DNA of 64,000 bases from Porphyridium purpureum (lineage: Eukaryota), in assembly GCA_008690995.1 (NCBI GenBank), contig VRMN01000004.1, positions 992,001-1,056,000 of the forward strand, written 5' to 3'. Positions within the stretch are counted from its first letter, which is position 1. Every line of letters begins with the position of its first letter. A program made the position numbers and the translations under genes. The notes below the pieces were generated by a model. That model saw only the letters and a list, made by a program, of their open reading frames with translations. It was not told the DNA's origin and searched no databases. Shown here in pieces: positions 9,381-20,011 of this stretch.

Positions 9381-11840
9381 CTACCACCCGTTCTTGTCAC
9401 CTCCAACACCTCTGTCGGTGGTCTCCCATCCATTTGCATCCCATGGGTTCGACGATGCGTTTGAATCTTGCAGCTGGTCATCGATGCTGAACACGCCAGC
9501 TGACCTCCCAGTGCGCGAGACGTGTTTCGGGGCCGCAGCGGTCACGGGCCTGGGGGGCTCCACATGTCCTGTCGACTCATATCCGGCAGGGGATGCCGAA
9601 ATCGAGCTGTATCCGAGCGTGTGCTTGACCTTGCGCACGAGGAGTGGAATGAGCACATTCCAACATACAAATCCGATAATGATCACCGCTGCAGTCATCC
9701 GCATCCAGTCTTTGAGACTTCTTCCGGATTCTGTGTCGACTAACAGTTCAAGTGGCAGATCCATGGCCTTTGAATACTCAGCATTCATTCCCAACTTCAC
9801 CATGACTTGGATCAGTGCGTCAGGATTATTCCTTCTGAGTTTGGAGGCAAAGCTCGGCAGTTCGCACGTCACAATATCTGTGCTCATCACAACCCCGAGG
9901 GTATTCTCAGACTCATCTGATTTAGATACCGTCGACGGTACCGATGTAAAGCGACAGATGACCTCACTTTCCTTGGCCAGGCCGCCAACAGACGTCATGA
10001 TGATATCCATGCGTCCTCGCACCGGCGACATCTGGGCGCTCAGAATTCTCGGCGAGCGGCGCTCTTCGGAACGCTCGTGGTTTTCATTCTGACCCTCTTC
10101 CAAGACAGGATCATGCTCGTGCGGTCTTTCGCGGCTTTCGCGGTCGTCTGAAAGCTCGACTTTAGCAGGCTGTTGCTCGTTTGTTTCTGCACTTTTCGCA
10201 TCATCCATTGGATCCTTTGCCTCCTCGTCATCGGATTTCTGCTCGTCGGCCTCTTCCACCACCTGGCCCGGCTCTTGGTTCTCATCACTTGACTTATCCG
10301 CGGCAGCTTCGTCTTCTGTACCAGACTGATCTTTGCCTTGGTCATCAGAATCTATGTCCTCGAAATTTGGTTCCTTGAGAGGTGCTTGCTCGTTCTGAGA
10401 TTCATCAGAAGGAGATGCCATTTGCTGGGAAGGCACATCGTTGGGCTCTTCTGGGTTTGGCTCAGAGTTCTGACCTTCTTCAATGACATTTTCTGGATTT
10501 GTATCCTGTTCCGCTCCCTTGATGCCTTCTGACGAGGACGCTGAAACATCTGAACCTGGATCTTCATCTGACGCCGCACTTGTGCCGTCGGTAGCAGAGC
10601 TACCATCTTGCTGTTCAACGGAAGATAACGGAGAATCCGCAAGGGTGGCGGCCTGTACGCTGCCTTGCTCTTGCTCAGCATCACGAGATTCATCACCAGA
10701 GGCCTTCTCTCCTGCGTCTTGCGGAACACTGTCACCAGTATCCTCCAAAGCACTTTGAGCTGGGACACTGGCACTTCCTGCCTCGTTGCCCGGCTCCTGT
10801 TCTGTGAGGGAATCACTCTCCACTTCTTCAACGGCCAGCTCCGGATCGGAAACACTGTTCTCCTCTTCATGCTCGCGTCGTCGTTCGGGTGAAGAGTCAT
10901 TCTCATCTGCAGCCATGTTTTCTTCTTGAGGCCCGTGTCCATTGTCGGGCGATGAACCACCTTCTTCAACGAAAGATTCTTGCTCTCCTGCATTTCCAGA
11001 GCCTTTTTCCCGCCGCTCAGGCACTTGCTCTCTGGTATCACCATCTGAAACAACATGCTCCTGATCAAGTTCAGATTCTTCTTCACCCTCTTTCACCGCT
11101 TGCTCGCGTGAATCACCGTGAATATCCTCGGAAACAGTTTGCTCTACTTTTTGGTCCGCGTCTATGCCCTGCTCCTCCGCAACTCGCTCCGGGACCGTAC
11201 TATCGTAATTCTTGGATTCGGCCTGTTCCTGAACATGTTCAGAGTCTTCTACGGCGTCAACCGGTCCCTGCGGCAAAGGTGCATTCTTGTCACGGTCAGA
11301 AACATCCTGCTCGCGAGCCTGTGTGGGACCGGTGAAACTATCTTCCTGTCCTTGACCGCCTTTCGACAACTCTTGCGTTTTCTGGGCATCGACCAGCGCT
11401 TCCTTTGGAATGGCGCCATGTCCTCTTGTTCCAGGATCGCCGGCGGCGTCAACACCCTGTTTGGATTCCAGCTCACCTGCACGCTCAGGTTGCTGCACGG
11501 AAGCTCGCTGGTGCAGCCCGTCGCGAGCCATAATCTGTCCGCTATGTTCAGCCCCACTCTCAGCCAGCCTGTTTGTAATCACCTCCCGAACGTCGCTGTC
11601 CACCAGCAGCCCACGAACCTCACTCCCGACGCCACGATCCCCACCATCTGACGGAAGCGTACTCCGAACCGATCCAGGCACCGCGACCGGCACCGCGGCA
11701 CACACCATCCATACCAGCGCCAGTGCCAGCCCAAAGCCCATGTACAACCCCATCCCCATGCCCTCAAAACGCCACAGACTGCCTGCGCGCGTCCTTGCGT
11801 TCCGACTCTCCATCGCTCGTCTCCTTTCCCTCTTCCCCAT
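9381..11840 (-). CDS. Acidic single-pass membrane/cell-surface protein of unknown function
   Basis: N-terminal hydrophobic signal (GLALALVWMVCAAV), very long E/D/S/Q-rich region, IPT/TIG-like beta domain (ILSAQMSPVRG...VICRF...IVTCELPS), TM AAVIIIGFVCWNVLIPLLV, cytosolic tail with DDQ/W motifs. Start uncertain (11840/11813/11759). Confidence 0.75.
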   Translation of the reverse strand: MGKRERRRAMESRNARTRAGSLWRFEGMGMGLYMGFGLALALVWMVCAAVPVAVPGSVRSTLPSDGGDRGVGSEVRGLLVDSDVREVITNRLAESGAEHSGQIMARDGLHQRASVQQPERAGELESKQGVDAAGDPGTRGHGAIPKEALVDAQKTQELSKGGQGQEDSFTGPTQAREQDVSDRDKNAPLPQGPVDAVEDSEHVQEQAESKNYDSTVPERVAEEQGIDADQKVEQTVSEDIHGDSREQAVKEGEEESELDQEHVVSDGDTREQVPERREKGSGNAGEQESFVEEGGSSPDNGHGPQEENMAADENDSSPERRREHEEENSVSDPELAVEEVESDSLTEQEPGNEAGSASVPAQSALEDTGDSVPQDAGEKASGDESRDAEQEQGSVQAATLADSPLSSVEQQDGSSATDGTSAASDEDPGSDVSASSSEGIKGAEQDTNPENVIEEGQNSEPNPEEPNDVPSQQMASPSDESQNEQAPLKEPNFEDIDSDDQGKDQSGTEDEAAADKSSDENQEPGQVVEEADEQKSDDEEAKDPMDDAKSAETNEQQPAKVELSDDRESRERPHEHDPVLEEGQNENHERSEERRSPRILSAQMSPVRGRMDIIMTSVGGLAKESEVICRFTSVPSTVSKSDESENTLGVVMSTDIVTCELPSFASKLRRNNPDALIQVMVKLGMNAEYSKAMDLPLELLVDTESGRSLKDWMRMTAAVIIIGFVCWNVLIPLLVRKVKHTLGYSSISASPAGYESTGHVEPPRPVTAAAPKHVSRTGRSAGVFSIDDQLQDSNASSNPWDANGWETTDRGVGGDKNGW

Positions 11841-11942
11841 CACACCCAACCACCAGCCTCTTGCGGTCACGTTTCGCGCAGGCGGGCTTTTTCCCGATCG
11901 CTGTACACAAACAATCGAGATAACTGTACACTATCCATTGCT

Positions 11943-11981
11943 GTAACTGTACACTACTGATTCCACTGGGTGTACAGTTAC
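11943..11981. repeat. Perfect 12-bp inverted repeat GTAACTGTACAC-N15-GTGTACAGTTAC
   Basis: Read directly; TAACTGTACACTA is also directly repeated at 11921 and 11944. Confidence 0.85.
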
Positions 11982-12748
11982 GCCTGCGTGTTTGTGTGTG
12001 TGACACGGTGCGAGCGCGCTTGTGTCCCGCCTGCTGCGCTCACCAGCAGCGTTCATCTTGAACATCGCACTGAGCGTCGATGGAGAGCAGCCGTCGCGCA
12101 AGGCGCGTCGAGTTGTGGGCATCCGCACAAAATCGACGCAGATGCTGCCCTTTGCTACGCCCACTTCCGAGCGCAGCAGCATCACAAAAGCAAACACCCA
12201 TTTGAACACACTCACAGGTAAAGAGCGCGCGACATGTCTCTGTCAAGACGTGCACAAGGCATCACCAGCTGCGGCTTTCGTGCACGTAGCGCGAATGCGC
12301 GGTTTGACGTGCAGCTTTCAGCTGTGATTCAAATAGTGCTCGACCTCTGGTGTGCAGAAAATGACGTTCCACAAGGGCTGACGAAGAAACGCTCCCTCCC
12401 GCAGAAGCACCACACCAGAATGAACCACATAACCGATAAGCCGATAAGCCGATTTTCGCATAACGCGCAGCACGCGCGCTGAAGTGTGGATGCCACGGAT
12501 TCACAGAAATCATAAAACGGGGCGTGTTGTGATAGTGTACAGTTGGATCGGAGGAGGAAGACTGGCAAGGACAGTGACACGAGCGGGAGAGAGTGAAGAG
12601 AAGGGAGCGGAGGGAAACAGTGTGAGCCTGGACGTGTGTGTTGGCGTTGTTGTTTGTTGTGGGAAAGGTGGGAAGGGCACGGCGGAAGCGCAGCGATCGA
12701 GTATAGACTCGGGAAAGAGTGGAAGATTAGGATCGTGGTGGTGGAGCC

Positions 12749-14686
12749 ATGGCGACTGAACGCTCGGACTCAGATTTGGGCTCGGACTCGGATTGGATGC
12801 CGGGGCACGATGAGGACGAGCATGACGACGAAGGGGTGGGACGTGTCGCGCTGTTGAACATGTCTGTGCGTGCGGGGTCGAGCACAAATGAGTATGGAGC
12901 AGATGTGACCAGTTCGTCGAATCCGTACCCGCGCGCCAAGTCGAACAAGACAGGCGTGTTTCAGGCGTTTGGTTCGGGAGCCCCGTCTGCTGCGGACGTC
13001 GCCAATGCCAATGGCGGCGACGGCGGAGGACAAGTGTCTTCGGGTGTTCTTTCGCCTCCGAGCGCGGGGAAGTTATACGGCGGGAACGTTCCTCTTGATG
13101 GTGGCTCGACGGCGCAAGGCACACTTGGGGCACGGGGACAGTCTGCAGTAGCTTCGTCGTTCGACGGGCGTACAGATGATTTGCAGGAGGGCAGAAACAG
13201 CGGCGACTCGTGGCTCTCTGTGGTTAGCGAAAAAAACAATAACTTTATTTTGAGCGGGTTTGGCGGTGAGTCGCAAGATATAACTGAGGCCAAACTGCCC
13301 GAGATTCTTGCTATGACACAGCTGAAGGCGTTGAACAACCGCTCCATACTTGACTGCGTCATCGAGCTGCTTAAAGGCACGCGCGCGACGAAGAAAAAGT
13401 CTTTCCGGCGCACGGGCGAGCGGTGGATTTGGCTCGGCCAAGATCTTCTCAATCTGATATGGAAAAGTAAGAAGAAAGGGGAGGATTACGGCAAGCTGAA
13501 CCTGGCCAAAGTGAAAAATATGCGCGGCATTGATAAGGAGCTGGTGCTTGAGACATCCTCTGGCAAAAAGCTGGATTTGTGCTTCAACACGCAAGAGGAA
13601 TTGCGACTGTGGGTGGCGGGCCTGTCTTGTCTAGTCCCAAAGCGATCGTCCATCGTGTGTGACTTCTCGTTGCCCGACCGAACACACTACGACCCGTGCC
13701 GGGACAGCTTCCAGTCCAAGCTCGTGTGTATGAGAAAGCAGGTGAATAACTTCATTCTGCTGGGTACGCTGGGCAAGGGAACGTACGGGAAAGTGAAGCT
13801 GGCAATCAGCAAGGAAGATAAGCGCTTTTACGCCATCAAGATCACGCCACGACCCGGAAGTCGATTCGGCATCAGCTCGACCGATGCCGTCAACGCAAAG
13901 GAGTGCGCGGTACTAAGGGCATTACGACACCCGAACCTTGTGCGACACCGCGAATTTTTGTATGACCCGGTGGAGGATGCCCTTCTGACGGTCCTCGAGT
14001 ACATGCCCCGTGGTGTCGTGATGAACTCTGCCTCATTGGAGGGCGCCAAGCCTTTGAGTGAAGACGGCCTTCGCGAATTGGTGCGTGACATCGTTCTCGG
14101 GCTCGAGTACTTGCACCAGAACCGCATCGTGCACCGTGATATCAAGCCAGACAACCTGCTGCGCGGTGGGGACGGCACCGTGCGACTCAGTGATTTGGGT
14201 GAGGCGCGCATGTATGCGCTCGGTGATCTCCCTCGTAACCGGCGGACTGAAGTACCAGGAACACCGGCGTTCATGGCACCAGAGCTTTGCATGACCAGCA
14301 GCGCGCCATCCATTGGCTCGCAGGAATTGTACCCAGCGGACGTGTGGTCACTGGGCGCGACAATTTACTACATGGTGTTTGGCCGCGTGCCGTTTTTGGC
14401 CAAATCTGTCTTTGAAATGTACGAACAGATTTGCACCGCAAAGCTCAAGTTCCCCTCCACGCCCAAGGTCTCAAAGAAGCTTACCCAGCTGCTTGAAGCT
14501 ATGCTCACCAAGGACCCGAAGAAGCGTGCGTCGCTGCTCGAGGTCAAGAGTCACGGATGGTTTACCGACAAGGTCGAGCAAAAACATGAGCTGCCCCTGG
14601 TCAATTACGCAGCCTTAGACCTAGAGTCTGCCATCACACAAGTTGTCACCCGAGGCGGCCGAGACAGCAGTTCACAAATCACATAA
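12749..14686 (+). CDS. PH-domain plus CaMKK/GRIK(SnAK)-like Ser/Thr protein kinase
   Basis: PH-like LLKGT.ATKK...RWIWL...LIWKS...WVAGL; kinase LGKGTYGKVKL, YAIK, HRDIKPDNLL, DLG, GTPAFMAPE, DVWSLG. Confidence 0.9.
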   Translation: MATERSDSDLGSDSDWMPGHDEDEHDDEGVGRVALLNMSVRAGSSTNEYGADVTSSSNPYPRAKSNKTGVFQAFGSGAPSAADVANANGGDGGGQVSSGVLSPPSAGKLYGGNVPLDGGSTAQGTLGARGQSAVASSFDGRTDDLQEGRNSGDSWLSVVSEKNNNFILSGFGGESQDITEAKLPEILAMTQLKALNNRSILDCVIELLKGTRATKKKSFRRTGERWIWLGQDLLNLIWKSKKKGEDYGKLNLAKVKNMRGIDKELVLETSSGKKLDLCFNTQEELRLWVAGLSCLVPKRSSIVCDFSLPDRTHYDPCRDSFQSKLVCMRKQVNNFILLGTLGKGTYGKVKLAISKEDKRFYAIKITPRPGSRFGISSTDAVNAKECAVLRALRHPNLVRHREFLYDPVEDALLTVLEYMPRGVVMNSASLEGAKPLSEDGLRELVRDIVLGLEYLHQNRIVHRDIKPDNLLRGGDGTVRLSDLGEARMYALGDLPRNRRTEVPGTPAFMAPELCMTSSAPSIGSQELYPADVWSLGATIYYMVFGRVPFLAKSVFEMYEQICTAKLKFPSTPKVSKKLTQLLEAMLTKDPKKRASLLEVKSHGWFTDKVEQKHELPLVNYAALDLESAITQVVTRGGRDSSSQIT

Positions 14687-14759
14687 GTGGCATAAAGCTG
14701 TTCGCTTGAGAAACGGTGAGGATTTTTGTGCAAAGGGCGAAAGATTCGTGCCTTGTCGT

Positions 14760-16547
14760 TCACTTCCTTCTCCCAGTTCGTTCGAACTCTTCCCTTTCAA
14801 TCGTTCTCAGCTCCTGCCTTTCCAGAGCCTCTCGAAATTTCTTGCCTTTCAACATGGCGTTTTTCGGGGTCGCGTACTTCATCACGTAAAAGGGATCCAA
14901 GGGTTCTTCGTCATCATCGCTCACATTCGCATTCTTCGCTGGAGACTTTTGCCGCGCGCGATGAGCCTCTGGGTTGTCTCTTTCCTGCTGTGCAGCTCGT
15001 GCGAGCTTTTCTTCATACTCGCGCTTTTCGCGCTCGGCTTCCTCACGCATTACGGCGAGCTGTCTTTGGAGTTCGGGGCGCTCCTCCTCAGGAACCATTG
15101 CCTGAAGCTTCGCACGCAATGCGTCGCGTTGTTTCTGCACGTCTGCTTCGGTCAAGTAGTACATGGCCAGAAATTCTTCCCGCATTCGCATGTGAACAGG
15201 GTCGTAAGGTCTCGGTAAGTCCTCAGCCTCCTTGCTGGACTTTGAGTCATCAAGCTCCTGCTCCGTCTCCCACGTCTTCCGAACGTCCTCTTCGTCAAAA
15301 TCCTCGGTTTGCTTTTTTGGCTTCTCACCATCGTCATCCCCAGGCGCGTATTCTTCCTCCTCGTCGGAAAACAGGCGGAAGTCTCGGTGAGCAGTATCCC
15401 ATGGCTCGTACGGACGAGCGTCAGTTTCAATGGGCTCCATGTACGTAAATATGTCTTTGATCAGCTTGTTAGCGTGCACAAGGCGCTCAACGAGCTTCGG
15501 GCCCAAGGACTTCAAGGTCTCCGTGTCACCGGGCACGGCATCTTTGATTTTGAAGACACCGCACCGGATCCGCCTAATCTCAGTTACATGTGCACAAGAG
15601 TCCAGCGCTTTCGCGAGATCGTGAATCAGGCTTTTCACAGTCGCGGCCCCATTATAGCATCTGATCCGAAAGCGAACACGCGGGAGGTCAAACTCGACCA
15701 CATCAAACTTTCGCACATGCACCGTCCGCTCTTCGTAATCCAATACGCCCGCGACAACGCGCTTCACATTTTCGAACAGCGGCATGTCATCAGCGTCATG
15801 CAAACTTTTACCTATGAAATGCCTCTCGATCGTCTGCTTCATCGCTTGTTCAGTAACGTGCGAGAAACCAAGCGTCTCGGTCACAGTTCCGTCCTTCAAG
15901 TGCGTGTCTGTTGCAGTCCCAAACATTGTCGTGCAGTCGTACACGTTTGAGCCTTCCTCGAAGCTTGACCGGATCCTCAAAGCGCCTTCAACTGCAAGAA
16001 CCGTCACGCCAGACTCGTACGGCTCCAACTCATGCATTTCGTGCATTTTCAGCTTTCTGAGGTGGTCTTCGTTCTCGCGAATGATGGTTTCCCATTTCTG
16101 TTTCACCGAATATTTCTCGAGATACTCATAGTACCGTAGCTCTAAGGCCGCCTGCGTCACACTGTGTAGCACGCGTCTCGCCTCAACCATCATGAGCCCA
16201 AAAATTGCGCCAGGCGGCTTGTCGAGGATCAAGAAGTGAGCTTCAGGAACCTTCTCCACCCCGGACTCCTCTGCTTTCGCCCGTGCCTTCGTGATATTCT
16301 GCCTGATCTCCATGACAGACTGTTTCGCTTCCGCCCTGGTTCGCTTTTTCGGTGTCGTCGCGTTCCGCAGCTCCTCCTCCGCTTCCTCATCCTCGGTGTC
16401 CAAAGGCGGCCAAACGCACAGTTCGAACGGGACTCGGGCCGTCCGCGAAAACACAGTGTGCCTCAGAGACGACCGGAGGTCCCAACGACTGTTCCGCGCA
16501 TGTTTCGCCACGCGCGCCAGAGTTGGCACAAGCACGGATCGATACAT
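14760..16547 (-). CDS. TruB-family pseudouridine-synthase-like protein 1 (probably catalytically inactive, mitochondrial)
   Basis: LILDKPPG (motif I), HELEPYESGVTVL (motif II with E for D), VYDCTTMFGTATDT..DG, HDLAKALDSCAHVTEIRRIRCGVFKIKDA; Arg-rich presequence from ATG 16547; acidic/coiled-coil tail. Confidence 0.82.
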   Translation of the reverse strand: MYRSVLVPTLARVAKHARNSRWDLRSSLRHTVFSRTARVPFELCVWPPLDTEDEEAEEELRNATTPKKRTRAEAKQSVMEIRQNITKARAKAEESGVEKVPEAHFLILDKPPGAIFGLMMVEARRVLHSVTQAALELRYYEYLEKYSVKQKWETIIRENEDHLRKLKMHEMHELEPYESGVTVLAVEGALRIRSSFEEGSNVYDCTTMFGTATDTHLKDGTVTETLGFSHVTEQAMKQTIERHFIGKSLHDADDMPLFENVKRVVAGVLDYEERTVHVRKFDVVEFDLPRVRFRIRCYNGAATVKSLIHDLAKALDSCAHVTEIRRIRCGVFKIKDAVPGDTETLKSLGPKLVERLVHANKLIKDIFTYMEPIETDARPYEPWDTAHRDFRLFSDEEEEYAPGDDDGEKPKKQTEDFDEEDVRKTWETEQELDDSKSSKEAEDLPRPYDPVHMRMREEFLAMYYLTEADVQKQRDALRAKLQAMVPEEERPELQRQLAVMREEAEREKREYEEKLARAAQQERDNPEAHRARQKSPAKNANVSDDDEEPLDPFYVMKYATPKNAMLKGKKFREALERQELRTIEREEFERTGRRK

Positions 16548-16800
16548 ACTCTCCAGCCTCGCCGACCACGGAACGATAACCACAAATACATGCAAACAAG
16601 CAGTTTGTTCCCTTACTCTTGACTTTTTGACCGAACGAGCAATGTTACATTGAGCGCATATTGTCAAGTCGGATGGACCTGGCCTGCATCAAGCAGCTGC
16701 TTTGTCTTGCTCTGTTTATTGTACTGTTCATTCCACGCTTTCTGTACATTCGTTGTCCATCACTCACAACTAGGATGTGAGCGAGGAGGTGTGCCTTGCT

Positions 16801-18144
16801 TCACGTCTGGTCGCCGTTTCCCTCGGTTTTCTCGTCGTCCAAGAAGTCACGTTGTTCTTCGTCATCGCTTGCGGATTCAGCGTCAGACCAGAACGTGGGA
16901 TCGTCTTGAGCAGAAACTCTTCTCGTACCGGGCCACACCCGACCAACGCCAGTTTCTGGGCTTTGGAATGGCGCACCTCCGGGAAGATAAGGTGCGTTGG
17001 AACGCGATCGTAAATTTGGGTCTCTTGCAATATCACCGCCCCACGCCTCTGCAAACGCTTCAGCAGCGGTTGGCTCGTCCTCCCGAAGTTCGAAAGGGTC
17101 GAGGGCGCGACCCAGTACAAATCGACTGGCGTGTTTCATGTGGAATACGAGCTCCATGCCAAAGTACTTCAGAGTTCGTGCGACCCCAGAGAATGCGTCC
17201 TCGAGTTTAAATACTCCATACCGGGTGCGTTTGATCTCTGTCACGGATGCACACGAGCCAAGCATGCGCGCCAAGTCATCCACGATCGCTGGCAGGACCA
17301 AGCCACCATGGTTGACTTCAACCCGAAAGGAAGCCTCCGGCAGTTTCAGGTCGAGCACTTCGAATGAGTGGATCTCGACTTGCTCCTTCTGGGTATCGCC
17401 CCACGTTGCAGCACCATCTCTTACCGATTCAAATAACACACGGCCGTCGTTGCGCCTGATTTTTCCAATGAAGCGAGCTTTGATCACGTCGTCAAGCGAT
17501 TCCTTCGTTACCTTCGCATAACCGCATTTCTCAACCCCACTCCGAAACCTCGGATTCTCTACTTGACCAAAAACGGCCTTGACCTCATATTCCTTTGTGC
17601 CCTCCCTGAATCGCTTCTTAAGCTTGGTGGCGCTTTCTATCGCGAGAACGAGCACGCCACACTCGACCTTCTCCAAGCGGTCGAGCAGCTCCATTCTAAC
17701 TGTCCGATATTCGCTCTTTAGCATACGAAAGGCCTTTGGCTTTCCGGGACGGCATTTCTCAGCGCGAATCCCGTAGTACCTTGTCCTCAGGGCCGGAAGT
17801 AAAACCTTGTCAGCGCTGGCCTTGGCATTAGCGACGACGGTCTCCGTGGTCACACCCTCTGGTTTGTTGAGAACCAAAAAGTGGCACGAAGGAACACGGC
17901 TGAGTCTCCGTTTCTGCTTCCTTCGCTCTAGCAACCTGCGGTGCTTTTCTAGCGGCGCTCTTGCCATCTTCTCGTACTCTTCTCTCATTTTCCTCTGCTC
18001 ATAGGTGAGCTCGGACGGGTCTTCTTTCTTCCTCAAGAAAAGAGCCGTCCGGGAAAACAAGCTTCGGGTCCAGACTTGCGCACGCAGGGGATTCAACGCA
18101 CGCCCAAGCATCGGCGCAAATGCGGACGGATGTACCATCGCCAT
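16801..18144 (-). CDS. TruB-family pseudouridine-synthase-like protein 2 (probably inactive, mitochondrial)
   Basis: LVLNKPEG, DRLEKVECGVLVL, KEYEVKAVFG, DDLARMLGSCASVTEIKRTRYGVFKLEDA; presequence-like N-terminus from ATG 18144. Confidence 0.82.
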   Translation of the reverse strand: MAMVHPSAFAPMLGRALNPLRAQVWTRSLFSRTALFLRKKEDPSELTYEQRKMREEYEKMARAPLEKHRRLLERRKQKRRLSRVPSCHFLVLNKPEGVTTETVVANAKASADKVLLPALRTRYYGIRAEKCRPGKPKAFRMLKSEYRTVRMELLDRLEKVECGVLVLAIESATKLKKRFREGTKEYEVKAVFGQVENPRFRSGVEKCGYAKVTKESLDDVIKARFIGKIRRNDGRVLFESVRDGAATWGDTQKEQVEIHSFEVLDLKLPEASFRVEVNHGGLVLPAIVDDLARMLGSCASVTEIKRTRYGVFKLEDAFSGVARTLKYFGMELVFHMKHASRFVLGRALDPFELREDEPTAAEAFAEAWGGDIARDPNLRSRSNAPYLPGGAPFQSPETGVGRVWPGTRRVSAQDDPTFWSDAESASDDEEQRDFLDDEKTEGNGDQT

Positions 18145-18505
18145 CCTGGTAAACAACAAGTACACTCGTTGAATGCCCACGCGCGCCGCAAGACATTTGC
18201 GCCGCGGAACCAGTACCCAAACTCGGCTCGGCTCAACTTCGGGCTTACGAGCGTCTAGATCTCTTGCCCCAGTCAAAGCCGCGCACAGTAAGCTCAGCAC
18301 CGTCTTCCTCTACACCGCAAGACGTTTGGACTCGCCAGCATCTGCAACGATGAGACTGGCTTGCCCGTGTTGGTTGAAATGAGGGATTCAGTGTTGGTGC
18401 CCTGCTTGTGCAAGGGAGAGAGAGCTTGGCGAAAGAGCTTCGAATAGATTCTGAACGCGTCAAGGATGTCTGTACAACTGCAATTTATGTCGCCCATTCA
18501 TACCG

Positions 18506-19861
18506 CTACCAGAGTGTGTCGGTGTTGGATGAACCATGAGTATGTTTCTTGTCGGATCCAGAGATCTCATCATCGGCAAATAGCCCTTCGTTTCTGAATT
18601 CATCACGTTGCGGAATATACCCTGGTGCATCTTCCCTGCCGCCTGATGTACCGCTTCCACCAAAGCTATACTCCACGTCTGTTTCGGACGGGTTCGACGG
18701 ATCCCACTTTTGCATGGGACGCCAGACTTCAGGCCTGGTGGGCGTCCACAGCTTGTCAAACTCTTCTTCTTCCACTTCTTCAACTTCTACATCCAAATCA
18801 AAAGGATCATTTGAGCGGAGAAAGCAGCCAGGTTTCAGTGTATTGGCATGCACAAGCTTGTCAACTAGACCATGGCCCAGTCTGCGCATCGACTTTTGAT
18901 CGCCAGGAACGGCGTCCTCGATCCTGAAGTAGCCACATCGCGTGCGTCTACGCGCAGTAATGGTTGCTCGCGTTTCAAGTGCAACACCGAGCTCATTCAC
19001 AACCGTATTGAGCATCGTGGCCGTATTGTTGACGACGACCCGGAACGTTGCCCGAGGGAGATCCAACTCGATCAGTTCAAATTCGTGTATAACGACATGC
19101 TTCTTGCTGAGAACCGCAGTTTTCGGTGTGCCTCTTCGCACGAGCTCTTCCAAGGGGGTTCCGTCTCGTCGCTTGATCGTACCGAGAAATCGCTCACGAA
19201 TCATTTCCTGGACGGACTCTTCTGTCACCTTTCCGAAGCCGGGGTCCTTGAACCCTGGGCCGCTCTTTAATTTCATGAGCGGGTCGTAACCAAACATCAC
19301 TGTGATCTCGTACTCTTTTCTGCCGCCCAGAAATTGCCGTTTGACGAGGCACGCATTCGCGACGGCAAGCGCAATGACGCCCGATTCAGACGACTCCAAG
19401 CCTTCATCTCTGAGCTCCTGCATTTTGATCGACGTCAACTTTTTCTTGTTCCTTTTTAAACTGTTGATGTATGGCCTGTTCAAGGAAGACTTGAGGTAGT
19501 GCTCGCAGTAACGCAAGATGAGCGAGTCCTCCAAGACACTGTTCAGGCTCGCGCGAGCGATATCCATAATCCGGAAATACGTCGCACCGACCGGCTTGTC
19601 AATGGTTAAGAAGTGACAGTCCGGGATGGGCCCAACCCCTGTTTCCTGTACAGACTTCTCCATCTTCCTACTCAGCTTTTCTATGTACCGCCTTTCTCCT
19701 GCCTCGTGCTTCAACCTCATTTCACGCGACTGGTTCTTGACCGTGCGCGAGAAAGTGGTGTGCACGAAGTAAGCATCCATTCGTCTGGATGTATGAGCGC
19801 GCATGGCATTCCTCGCGCGTGCCAGCACCTGGGAAAGCAGCCGGCTAGAGAAACACGCCAT
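18506..19861 (-). CDS. TruB-family pseudouridine-synthase-like protein 3 (probably inactive, mitochondrial)
   Basis: LTIDKPVG, EGLESSESGVIAL, KEYEITVMFG, NELGVALETRATITARRRTRCGYFRIEDA; presequence MACFSSRLLSQVLARARNAMR. Confidence 0.82.
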   Translation of the reverse strand: MACFSSRLLSQVLARARNAMRAHTSRRMDAYFVHTTFSRTVKNQSREMRLKHEAGERRYIEKLSRKMEKSVQETGVGPIPDCHFLTIDKPVGATYFRIMDIARASLNSVLEDSLILRYCEHYLKSSLNRPYINSLKRNKKKLTSIKMQELRDEGLESSESGVIALAVANACLVKRQFLGGRKEYEITVMFGYDPLMKLKSGPGFKDPGFGKVTEESVQEMIRERFLGTIKRRDGTPLEELVRRGTPKTAVLSKKHVVIHEFELIELDLPRATFRVVVNNTATMLNTVVNELGVALETRATITARRRTRCGYFRIEDAVPGDQKSMRRLGHGLVDKLVHANTLKPGCFLRSNDPFDLDVEVEEVEEEEFDKLWTPTRPEVWRPMQKWDPSNPSETDVEYSFGGSGTSGGREDAPGYIPQRDEFRNEGLFADDEISGSDKKHTHGSSNTDTLW

Positions 19862-20011
19862 GTTCAAGAAGGACAGCGACCTCTCATAAACAGTCCTGGC
19901 TCGTTCGCCTCGAGCGGCAGCGCATCCATTGCGCGAGCGGTTTGCAGTTTACGGTTCGCGGTTTGGTCCGTTTGAACCGTGAAATTATTCAACCGATTAA
20001 CCGGTTGAAAA

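Noticed and set aside
9157..10092. 311-aa plus-strand ORF
   Set aside because: Antisense shadow of the 9381-11840 membrane-protein gene.
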